Assembly (NCBI GenBank): GCA_963575745.1
Contig: CAUYUJ010000001.1
Location: forward strand, 1,860,001 to 1,924,000
Reading direction: 5' to 3'
Length of the DNA stretch: 64,000 bases
Source of the DNA: Prorocentrum cordatum
Taxonomy: Eukaryota
The notes under the pieces are model-generated. The model searched no databases and had not been told where the DNA came from. It saw only the letters and a program-made list of their open reading frames with translations. Shown piece after piece: positions 23,567-33,875 of the stretch; positions within the stretch are counted from its first letter, which is position 1; each line of letters starts with the position of its first letter. Both the position numbers and the translations under genes were made by a program.

Positions 23567-25400
23567 GTGTCTTCGAACGTGCACGGAACAGCACAGCCTA
23601 TGATTTTGGATGCGGCTATTGTCCAGGACAGGGTCGATCACCGCCCCATTTGTGCGCATTCGGCATGGGCTCAGCCTCATTGGGTACCGCCGCACCGGAA
23701 GGATACTCTGACTGGGTGGGTTCGGGCTTCCGAGATGGACGCCCAGGCGTTTCGGATTGCATGCTCAACGTCTTCGCCGCGAACTGCTACTCTTGGAAAC
23801 CTCGAAGCAGTTGACAAGGCTGCCGCTAAGGCCGTCCCCCACGCGACATCCAAGCGAATCCGGTTGGGGGCCGACGGCGCCAAACATGCCGTCCAATTGG
23901 CCAGGCAGGTTGCGCTGGCCGCTGGAAACAACTGCTCTCGTCGTTACACCTCGCGGCGGCGTGCGATACGGGCCTTGGCGACACTGCGGGCCCAAAAGCG
24001 ACTCGGACAAGTGCGGCCTGACCGTGTAGCCCATGGATATGTGCCACAAATCATGGAAGTGGGAGGCCGTCTATCCAGCGATCGCCGGCAATGGCTGGCG
24101 CAGGGACATCAATTCGTCAGCGCACGTTTCAAAGATGTCGCAAACAATGCGAACCGACAACACCACCCGCCTGAAGCTCAGATCTCTGCACGCAAAGATC
24201 TAGCCATCGACAAATTAGAATCTAACGTTCTTCATTTCTGGGACTTCCTGCAATCGCGGGGAATGTCACGTCAGGGGAAAGCGGCGGGGCCCGACGGAGT
24301 ACTTGCCGAAGCTTGGAAAAAAAACATGCCGTTCGATGTATTGGCAGTGGCGTGGAAGACATTCCAGGATCGCGCTTTCTTCCGCACGGGTACGGGGTCC
24401 GAGTGCTGGAAGTTGTTGGACATGCGCGGCGTACCGAAAAGCTGTAATTATAGTAACGACGTTCGAACACTTCCGGTGGATAGCTAAAAGTTCAGTGTTG
24501 CAGAAATGGAATATGCTGACTTCGCGACCTCGGCTGAGAAGCCAATTGCGCATCGCCGGTGTGCACGCGTACGGTTGCAAGAGGAAGTTGCGCACCGGGG
24601 ACATCATCTGCGTGATGCGAGAGTTGTTGTTTCTCTGGGATGCGTGGGTTTCCCATGCATATCGCTGCTCGGGACGCGCGATGCACATTCGACAACATGA
24701 GCCGCGAGAGCATTGCTGAGCCTCTTATTCAAATCGGGGCCTCCAGCGGCACTGCTGCGGCGATCCTTCAGGAACTGGCAGGCAGGCGCGGCAAGTTTGC
24801 CATTCCAGGGGCTGGTGACACTGAGCATTTTGATTTCTGCAAAGGCGGAAAGCAGGGAGGTGTAGAAACACCCGACATTTGCAACGCAATGGTGGAGTGT
24901 TGCTTACAGGATTTGGCGGCGGCTTGGAACTTGCGCGGTTTGGGGCCCCACTGGGGGGCGCATGGGTGAACCGCGCAATTTGGGCAGACAGTGCGTTCTT
25001 GTTCGCGACAGGCCCCGCGGACCTGCAAAGTATGATCCACGAGCTGACCAGTGCGATCTCTACGATTCCTTTGCAATGGGAGCCGATCTCTTTGCAGTGC
25101 ATGGCGCGCGGGGCGGCTGCGGAGGTGCGCATCTCCCTGACAACTTCGACAGTGCCGGAAAGCAGCCTGGAGTATACGCAGCTGGAGAACATGGAGCGCT
25201 TGGGAGTGCTGTCGGACGCTTCGGGGGCGACCGCGCGCAGCGTTGAACGCCGGATGGGCCTTGGTGACCGGGGGTTCTACAAGCGTCGCTCTCTTCTGCA
25301 AGGGCGAGGCGGTGTCCCAGCTCGTCTCGCGGCATGGGCATCTGCGCCCCAGTCTACAGCTTCTTTCCGGAGCGAGTCGCGGCAGCTCACATAGGGCATC
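23567..25400 (+). pseudogene. Reverse transcriptase region of the LINE at 20231-26560 (frameshifted)
   Basis: Non-LTR RT motifs in the expected order across ORFs 23567-24487, 24303-24719, 24640-24969 and 24879-25394. Confidence 0.85.
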
Positions 25401-25979
25401 CTGGAGAAGTTGAAGACGCGGGAACTGTTCAATTTGCGGCGCAAGTTCAAATTTCGCCCGCGCCCAGAGGAGCAACGGGGAGAGTTTATGATCCGTTCAG
25501 CTGGACAAATCCCCCGATGGTTCAAGTTGACAGGTATACCCATGCTGCACCACCGGGTCGTTGCCATGGCGTGCATGAGCGTTTGGCGAGAAGTCGATTT
25601 TCAATTGCCCAATGGTCACGCGCCTCCTCGCTGGGTTCGGGAACACTGGAGCGCTCTTGAGTGGCAGTTTATGGAAGCCTTTGGAGATCGCGCCCGACGG
25701 CGAGAAGGGCTTCGACAATCTTGGGAAGACGTCTTTGTGGGACTATTGGGCGCTGACTGGAGGAGCCGCGGAGCAGCCTACAGAGACATGCCGGCCTGGA
25801 AGAGACACAGACCTCAGTTCGTCAACGCCGCGTGCCGCAAATGGCCCCTCCCGCCCCTGCAGGAGCCGGACGAGCGAGTCCCGCTCAGGTTGGTGGATCA
25901 TCTTCCACAACGTCTTGAAAGTCGGGGGAATCTGGCGCCAATGGCGCACCACCCACACGACAACCAGTGGGGTGAAAGC

Positions 25980-26484
25980 AGCCGGTGCTTAAGTGCAGCG
26001 GTCGATTGCAGACTGTTGGCCGACCTCTTGAACGGCGCGACCGTCGCAGCTACAGAGGAGCACCGACCGTCGTTCATTCGAATGGCCCGTGGCTTGGAGC
26101 AGATGTTGGCGAGAGGATGGACTAGCAGAGTACCTTGGACAGACATGATAGAATGGAGACCTCGTGCATTCAACGCTGAAGCGGACCATTTGGCCAAATA
26201 CTTCGCAATCCTGGAGGCATGTCGACATCGTCGAAGCCAGAGAGCATGCGATGAGAGGTCGTAATTTACGCATTTATAGCGATGGTGGCTACCGTGCAGC
26301 GGAGGACCGGGCATCTGCAGCATGGGTGTTATATGCCATTCGGCGTCAAATGGGCTCGTGGGTGTATACCATGGTAGGTCACGCAAGCATCAGTATATAC
26401 GGGGCGACCACAGCTTTCATTGCTGAGCGCATTGCCTTGGAGTCAGCAGTGGACGCGCTTGTCGATGTTGTTTCAGATTTATAG
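25980..26484 (+). pseudogene. RNase H-like domain with circularly permuted motif order
   Basis: VDCRLLADLLNG and EWRPRAFNAEADHLAK (C-terminal half) precede LRIYSDGGYR..ASAAWVLY and TTAFIAERIALESAV (N-terminal half); one frameshift near 26200; stop at 26482-26484. Confidence 0.78.
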
Positions 26485-28059
26485 TATCTCTCCGGGCCGA
26501 TTGTGATGAACTTGAGGAGGCGCGCCATGGAGTCAAGCCTTGCGGACGGAAGGAAGGAAGAGGAAGAGGAGGTGGAGGAGGATGGGGAGGAGGTGGAGGA
26601 GGTGGAGGTGGAGGAGGAGGAGGAGGAGCAGGACGCTGCCCCGACCTTCGTCGGACGCTGGAACCAGGACCACTGCGGGTTCCGTGACGGTTCCTGGCTT
26701 CCGGGCCGCTGCTCCGACCTCGGTCGGGGAACCCCTCTGTGGCCGAGGCCCGCCGCGTCCCGCAGTGCCCAGGCGTTCCCTGTTTCGGCGCCCTTCACGG
26801 CAGCACGATGACTGTACTCGTAGGATGTGCACGGCTGCGTCTGGTATTTCACTTGGCATAGGTTGTGCGTCTGGTGCTGACGACGGCCGGTGCTGACAAC
26901 TGCCGCGAGAGGTCACTCATCGTGGGGAGTTTTTCGGGTGTGTATTGTTGGTAAATCGCGATGATTGTGCTCGTGGTGAGGGGGTCTGTTCCCGCCAATC
27001 GGTTTTACGCCGGGCGCGCGCGGTAGTTTCATTCGTCGAGCTCTTTCTCTCTCTCTCTCTCTTTCTCTTTCTCTTTCTTAGCGCATGATTAGTGTTTGTC
27101 CTTCCCGTCCGGCGCACAATGTTTTTCCAATGGAACTGCTCTCCCCGTGGCTCGCACTTGTTGGTTTCTGAATTTTCAGCGAAGGCTACGATGTTCGCCC
27201 CTGGATTGCCACAGCAGCGGCCCTACCTGATACTTCATCGCCGTATAAGAAGAAATCGCGTTTTCGCTTGAGACTTCGTGGCGGTTTTCTCGGGACTCGC
27301 GCTCTCTCAGGACCGTGCTCTCGCACGAGACGTTTTCAGAGTTTACTCTGGAATCGTGCTCTCGCCAGAGGATTCCCCATCGTTTGCGAAGTTCGCCTCG
27401 ATGCCCCGCCCGCCCGACCCGCCCGTCAGGGTCCGCCCGCCCGCCCGACCCGCCTGGTAGGGGGTCCGCCCGCCCGACCTGCTCGTCGGGGTTCGCGCGC
27501 CCCGCCCGCGAGGTGGTGAGGTCCGCCCCTTCGCTTGCCCGGAAGCTTGCGCGCTCGCTTTCGTGCCCCGCCCGGCGGACCCGCCCGTCAGGGTCCGCCC
27601 GCCTGACTCGCCCTGTGGGTCCGCCCGTCCGACCCGCAACTTGGGGTCCTCCTGTTAAACCAAGTGTCTCGTCCTCAATAATCATATATCCCTCTTGCCC
27701 CCTTCCCTTCTCGTGCCCTCCTCCCTTCCTATTTCTTGTTTTTTTTCTTTCTTTTTCTCTCTCTCTCTCTCTCTCTCTTTTCCACTCTCCTAATTCAGGG
27801 GCCGTTCCAACTACACGTGGCAGGGAAAGAAAGCATACACCCCGAATGGGGTACCATCGAAGACGACGAGGGCGGGTAGCGAGGATTTGGGGTACACATG
27901 TTGGGTGATTCGCAAGTAACGAAGAACGAACAGTCGTATCTTGATTGTCGTTTTTTTAAAGCTGGGGCAGGGGGCGTGTGTATCACTGTGCTCTGGTTCG
28001 CTCTGCTGGCAGGAGGAGGTTCGGATGAGAAATGCAGGGATCGCCATGGTGTTTGCGAG

Positions 28060-28352
28060 ACAACGGCGACCTCGACCGCGACGTGGCGATGGAGACGACG
28101 CCGACCGCAACGACGGCGGACGGCGACGATGTGGGACGACACAGTGGCCACCGCGATGACGGCAGCGACGACGGCGAAGACGGCGACAAGTGCGACAACG
28201 ATGGGGACGGCGACGACGACGGCAGGGACAACGGTGACGGCGACCTCGACGACGTCGGCCATGGCGATGGCGAAGACGGTTACGAGTGCGACCCCGTCGA
28301 CGGCGACGACTGCAACGGCGGCCTCGACGACAGTGGTGACGGCGACGACGAG
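28060..28352. repeat. Degenerate (GAC/GGC)n low-complexity tract, flanked by gtcagggtccgcccgc repeats (27405-27640, 28425-28595)
   Basis: Directly visible. Confidence 0.8.
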
Positions 28353-28797
28353 GTGGTGCGCCTTGCGTAGCGCTCTCGCGAGAACCTTCTCGCGATTTGC
28401 TTGGGAATAGTGCGTTGATGCCCCTCCCGCCCGTCCCGCCCGTCAGGGTCCGCCCGCCCAACCCGCCCGTCTGGGGGTCCACCCGCCCGACCCTGCTTGG
28501 AAGCATGCCCACCAGCTCCGGCGCCCCGCCCAGTCCGCCCGTCAGGGTCCACTTAGGCGACTCGCGCGTAGGGCCGCCCGCAAGACCCGCCCGTCTCGCT
28601 TTATTGGGCCTGCAAGGGCACATGCGAATTGGTGGGGCGGTACGTGATGGCGAGGATGAGCAGGGCAGGACCGAGTGGGCGCAGCGGGCGGCTTTGCGCA
28701 GACATCGAGGCGAGCAGGTGGTGAGGTCGGCGGGCGTCAATGTTGCCATTGCCAGAGCTGTTGCGAGCGGTGTCAGGGGGAATTGCCAGAACCCGAG

Positions 28798-28982
28798 GAG
28801 CTCTTCTCGCAGCATGGCAGTGTGAGCCAGGTGGCGATACTGCCCACGAAGGGCTGGGGACAGTCGGCGCTGGTGACGCTGGCCGACGTGGAAGAGGCTT
28901 CTCTTACCGCGGGCCTGTTCGACCAGCACATTGTGGAGGGCCACCAGGTGCCCCTTACCGTCCGGCTCCAGGGAAGCAACAG
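28798..28982 (+). CDS. Exon: remainder of RRM2 (3' end uncertain; could run to the stop at 29040)
   Basis: ELFSQHGSVSQVAILPTKGWGQSALVTLADVEEASLTAGLFDQHIVEGHQVPLTVRLQGSN; acceptor cccgAG|GAG joins in phase 0 to ...MKEANVE; possible donor AACAG|gttcac. Confidence 0.8.
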
Positions 28983-29382
28983 GTTCACCGACACCAGTTT
29001 GGGCCAGACCCGTCTCGGGCTCAGGACTGCTATGGTATGAAGCAGTTTCCCGCGGCATAGCCAATGGTCCCGCGTGTCTGTTCATCATGCTTGATCCAAG
29101 GATGGCGGGATTTGCCCCATCTGGTGTCGGTGATTCATTGTCGTATTCGTAGGGTGGAAGGGCACAATTCCTGAATACTTCGCATTGGGGGGCGCGTTGC
29201 CGTGAGATCCTTCGGGGCTTTGACCCGTGCCTATTTCCCAACCGTCCTGTGGTGTTGGGTTTTCGTTTTGAAGAGACGGTCCCCGCGTCCCTCCTCTCCT
29301 CTCCTCTCCTCTCCTCTTCACCTCTCCTCCTCCTCTCCTCCCCCTCCTCCTTCCCCCTCCTCTCTCCTCTCGTCACCCTATC

Positions 29383-30545
29383 ACTTTGGCACACCCCTCA
29401 CACGTTTCGTGGCCCCATAGGGAGCTCCACCTAAGGTCCCAGTGGCGCAGTTCGCATGGCGGCGCCGCCCCTTTTTGGCGCACCCCTCACACGCTTCGTG
29501 GCCCCATAGGGAGCTCCACTTAAGGTCCCAGCGGCGCAGTTCGCATGGCGGCGCCGTCCCACTTTGGCGCACCCCTCACACGCTTTGTGGCCCCATATGG
29601 GGGCTCCATCTAAGGTCCCAGCGGCGCAGTTCGCATGGCGGCGCCGCCCCTTTTTGGCGCACCCCTCACACGCTTCGTGGCCCCATAGGGAGCTCCACTT
29701 AAGGTCCCAGTGGTGCAGTTCGTATGGCGGCGCCGTCCCACTTTGGCGCACCCCTCACACGCTTTGTGGCCCCATATGGGGGCTCCATCTAAGGTCCCAG
29801 CGGCGCAGTTCGCATGGCGGCGCCGCCCTGTTTGGCGCACACACACACACACACACACCTCACACGTGTCGTGGCCCCATAAGGAGCTCCACCTACGGTT
29901 CAAGCGGTGCAGTTCGCATAGCGGCGCCGCCCCATTTTGGCAAACCCTTCACACGTTTCGTGTCAGAAGCCGGGCAAGGGCTGCTAAATCCGTGGCTGCT
30001 AAAATCGACCTCCGGGAAGTTGTCTTCGTCCTTCCGGGAAGAAGCCCGTTGACAGTTTCGCGTGCCGTGCCTCATTCCGGGAAGTTGTTTTTTCCTTCCG
30101 GGAGGGCCGTTTTAGCAGCCGCGGTTTTAGCAGCCCTCGCCCAGCTTCCGATCGTGGCCCCATAGGGGGCTGCATCTAAGGTTCCAGTGGCGCGGTTGGC
30201 ATGGCGGCGCCGCCCCGTTTTGGCACACCCCTCGCACGTTTCGTTGCCCCTATCGGGAGCTCCTCCTAAGGGCCCCATGGCGCAGTTCGCATGGCGGCGC
30301 CGCCCCATTGTGGCACACCCCTCACACGCTTCGTGGCCCCATAGGGAGTCCCACCTAAGGTCCCAGTGGCGAACTGCGCATGGCGGCGCCGCCCCATGTT
30401 GCAAACCCCTCACACGTTTTCGGGGGCCCACAGGGAGCTCCACCTAATGGCCCCATGGCGCACTTCGCATGGCGACGCCGCCCCATTTTGGCACACCACT
30501 CACACGTTTCGTGGCCCCATAGAGAGTCCCACCTAAGGTCCCACT
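29383..30545. repeat. 89-90 bp tandem satellite with a local 179-bp dimeric higher-order unit
   Basis: Unit starts (tttggc) at 29385, 29474, 29563, 29653, 29742 and 29831; alternate units share diagnostic variants. Confidence 0.95.
29963..30151. mobile_element. 189-bp MITE with ~43-bp TIRs and 5-bp TSD, inserted in the satellite
   Basis: TSD TCGTG at 29958-29962 and 30152-30156; tcagaagccgggcaagggctgctaaa / tttagcagccctcgcccagcttccga; removal restores the satellite unit. Confidence 0.9.
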
Positions 30546-30552
30546 GTTTGCC

Positions 30553-30900
30553 CTCGCGCCGCGGACGACCCGCGCGCGTCGCTGGAACCCTCTCGGGGCG
30601 ACCAGCGCGCGTCGCGGGAACTCCGCGCGGCGCTTCGCCCAGCGCCTCGCTCGCCCGTCGTCGCTCTGCCCAGCGGCCAGATCCTTGCCCGCATCAGCCA
30701 GCCAGCTGGCCCTCTTTGCTCCGCACCGCGGACGACCCGCGACCGTCGCTGGGACCTTCTCGGGGCGTCCAGCGCGCGTCGCGGGAACTCCGCGCGGCGC
30801 TTTGCCCAGCGTCTCGCTCGCCCGTCGTCGCTCTGCCCAGCGGCCGGATCCTTGCCCGCCATCACCCCTTCGGGGCGACCGGCGCGCGTCGCGGCGCGCG
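30553..30900. repeat. Tandem duplication of a ~168-bp GC-rich unit
   Basis: ccgcggacgacccgcg...cgcgggaactccgcgcggcgc...tccttgcccgc occurs twice. Confidence 0.85.
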
Positions 30901-31884
30901 GTCGCTGCCATCGGGGCTTCCGGGGGAGCTCCCTGTGGCAGCCACGTTCAGTGACACGAGTGCTCAGAGCCAGGCAAACCCGAACCCTTCACATTCGTAT
31001 ACATTTTCCCTAGGTGTTGCCATGCTTGCGTTCATGCAAATAGACAGACTCGCGCGCAGACTCACTCACAATCCGACTCACTCGCGCTCAGACCCATTCT
31101 CTCTCAGTCTCTCGCACTCAGGCCTATCGTCTTCGTTGGTGTTGTGTACCCCGCCACGCACTCCGGCACGCCCCTCATGCGGTTCGTGGCCCCGTAGGGA
31201 ACGCCACCGAAAACGTTATTCGCAACTGCGATACTCACAGCTGCATATGGTTGGGTCCTTCGCCAGGCTAACTATTTCCTTCTCTCCTTTCGCCTGTTCC
31301 TGCTTCGTCATCCCCCCTTCCTTCCCGTCCTTTAATTTATCTTATGATTTCCTCTGCCTCCAACTTTTCGTTTTGCTCCTCCTCCTCCGCCTTCACTTCA
31401 TCTTGCCTCATAATTCCTAGTCCTCCACGTTCCCTCTTCGCCTGTTCTCCCCTCGTCCTCATGGATCGCACTTCGGCCTCATCTTGGCGAGGGGTGGTTC
31501 TTGGGCTCCTCCAGCCTGCTGGTCTACGCGTGCAGTTGCCGGGCGGACCAGTCATGCACGAAATGTTTTCCTCGGGTCTCGGCGAGGGTGTCTTTTGGAT
31601 TTTGGAGACGAAAGCATGACATCTTCATTGGGGCCTTGTTTTGTTCGCCCTTGGCTCTTCAACTTCCTCGTGCTCCCTCGGATGTTCCCTTCCTCTGCCC
31701 CAAGCACCAATTTTGCGTGGGGGGGCACTTCCGGGCACTTTGCGAGGGCGGATGACCCAGATTCGGGTGCCGCAGGCTATGGAAAAGGCCGACAAGGCGA
31801 GACTGTCAAAACATGTCAAAGACACGTGGATAAACATCAAGGGGCTTCACATTGGGCTGGAGCTGGTATCGTCACAGGGTCGCC

Positions 31885-32000
31885 CCGCGTCGCCGATACG
31901 GCTCGATGTGGAGCCCGATTTTCTCCACACAAGACGTCGCCGATGCATCGGCGATGCGGCGCGATCATCTGACCCGATCTGTTTGGACCCTATGTGGGAT
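31885..32000. mobile_element. Partial copy of MITE family A
   Basis: gctcgatgtggagcccgattttctccac is identical to the 2578-2605 region; the right arm is present. Confidence 0.7.
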
Positions 32001-33212
32001 ACCTTTCACCACACACCATGTGGTTCGAACCGCCCCCCCGCGGCCAGAGGCGCCCCATGAGTTTGCTGTCTCAATCCGCACCACCCCTGGGGCCGGCCTT
32101 TCGCCCCAGATCCACTTCTGGTGGCCCCGGAGGCCCGATCACGGAGCCTGGAGGCCGACATCGAGAGGACAAACAAAAGCGCAGATTGCAGAAACCATCT
32201 CGTCGTCTGTCTGATTGACCCCGAAAGCGCCCAGCGCAGAGGAGGTGGTGCACTAGATCTGGTGCAATGGATGTGTGGGGTTGCAGTAGATTTGGGGCGT
32301 GCAGTACATTCCGGTGTGCAAATGTATCATGGCTTTTCGCAGGCAATGCATTCGTTGCAACACAACGCAATACAAGTCTCCAGCACAACACGTTTGCAAT
32401 ACAAGTGCCCCAAGACTGAAGCACCACTCCCTTTCAGCTGGACCCCCTTGTGGGTCAACCGAAGTCCTAGCTGCCCTGATACGCCCGTGCTGAAACGCAA
32501 CAAGCACCGTGTTCAAAGGGTCAGGGTTCAACGCGCTTCGTGTTGGCCCGGCACGTGCTGGCCCTCGTTGTGGCGAGCGCCTCGCCCCAGGCCCGCGTTT
32601 CCAATCTGCGTGTTGAGCTCCGTGTCGGGCCGCGTCTTGCGCACCGGGGCAGCTAAGATCGCCGGAGATCCGGGCCCCGCCCGCAGGTTCGCCAAGCCCG
32701 AGGGCGGGCTCGTCCCCGGGCGCTCCCGCGCCCGGGCCGCCGCGGAGCCCGAGCTGCGCCCCAGGGCCGGGCCGTCCGGCGGCGCGGCCCGGAGCCGCTC
32801 GCCGCGGAGAGCCCACGGGCCCCGGGCTTAACCTGCGCCCGCGAAGCCGGGCGGCGGCGCAGCAGCGACAGCGCGGCGGCCCACTACTCGTCGTCCCCCG
32901 CGGCGTCGGGAGGCCGCGTTCCCAACCCCCACGGGCCCTTCCTCTCCTCTCCCTCCCTTCTCCCTGCTCCTCCACCTCCTCCTCCTCCTCCCTCCTCCTC
33001 CATCCTCCTCCTTCGCCTCCTCCTCCCTCCTCCTCCCTCCTCCTCCTCCTCCTCCTCCTCCTTTTCTTCTTCTTCTTCTCTTCTCTTCTCTTCGCCCTGA
33101 GTAAGACGTTGGGGCCAGCGCCTCGGGCAGAGGCGGGCGGCGGCGCTCGCCCCCAGTGAGGGCCCCAAGTAGGGGGGGTCCGGCAGAGGAGCAAGTGCTT
33201 TGGCACGTGCCT

Positions 33213-33447
33213 TGTCTTTGGGGGGCTCGTCGCGCAAGTTTCGGGGGTGGACAGAACCCCCAACAGTGACACGTCGATTAGTGAATCGTCCGTTTTCGGT
33301 TCTCGAGATGGCGCCGTGGCCGTTATTTTCCAGGCTTGCGCCCGCCAAGTTTGGGCCTCAGGTCGTCTTCATTAAACCACGTTTTACTAAAGGGGGGTCT
33401 GTCCATCCCCGAAAGTTGGCGACATGGCGAGGGGCCCCCAAGGATCC
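33213..33447. mobile_element. MITE with imperfect ~50-bp TIRs and 7-8 bp TSD
   Basis: tttcgggggtggacaga is inverted to tctgtccatccccgaaa; cgtgcct flanks both sides (33206-33212, 33448-33454). Confidence 0.65.
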
Positions 33448-33589
33448 CGTGCCTGCCGTGTTGCCATGTACAGGCGGGCGTCTCCGTCGTACGTGTTACC
33501 TCCCTTGGCCTCCACCTACACGCTGCCCGTCTCACCTGCCTAGACATCCGCGCACACACGCGTTCGCGCGCCCACGCACGAACACACAG

Positions 33590-33612
33590 CATACTCACAC
33601 ACGCACACCACA

Positions 33613-33650
<38 letters not shown>

Positions 33651-33875
33651 GCACACACACACACACACGCACACACACAGATACACACGCACGCACGCGC
33701 ACACACACACAAACACACACACGCACACATTCACATGTACATTCACCTTCACCTTCACCTTCACATTCAGATTCACATTCGCATCAACACACACATTCAC
33801 ATTCACATTCGCATTCGCATCCACATCCGCATTCACATTCACATTCACATATTCACACACACACACACACGCGCT
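33590..33875. repeat. (CA)n and (CACATT)n microsatellites
   Basis: Directly visible; another (CA)n lies at 37470-37550. Confidence 0.95.

Larger units (their letters stand above)
20231..26560 (+). mobile_element. Apparently full-length decayed LINE: SL - ORF1 (Cys-rich N-terminus) - APE - RT - permuted RNase H - short 3' UTR
   Basis: APE motifs LQEV, GFDSN, LNTF, SQID; RT motifs GKAAGPDGV, FRWIA, DARCTFDNM, KGGKQGGVETP, IWADS; RNase H motifs at 25980-26484; many stops and frameshifts; (GGA)n on both sides. Confidence 0.88.
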
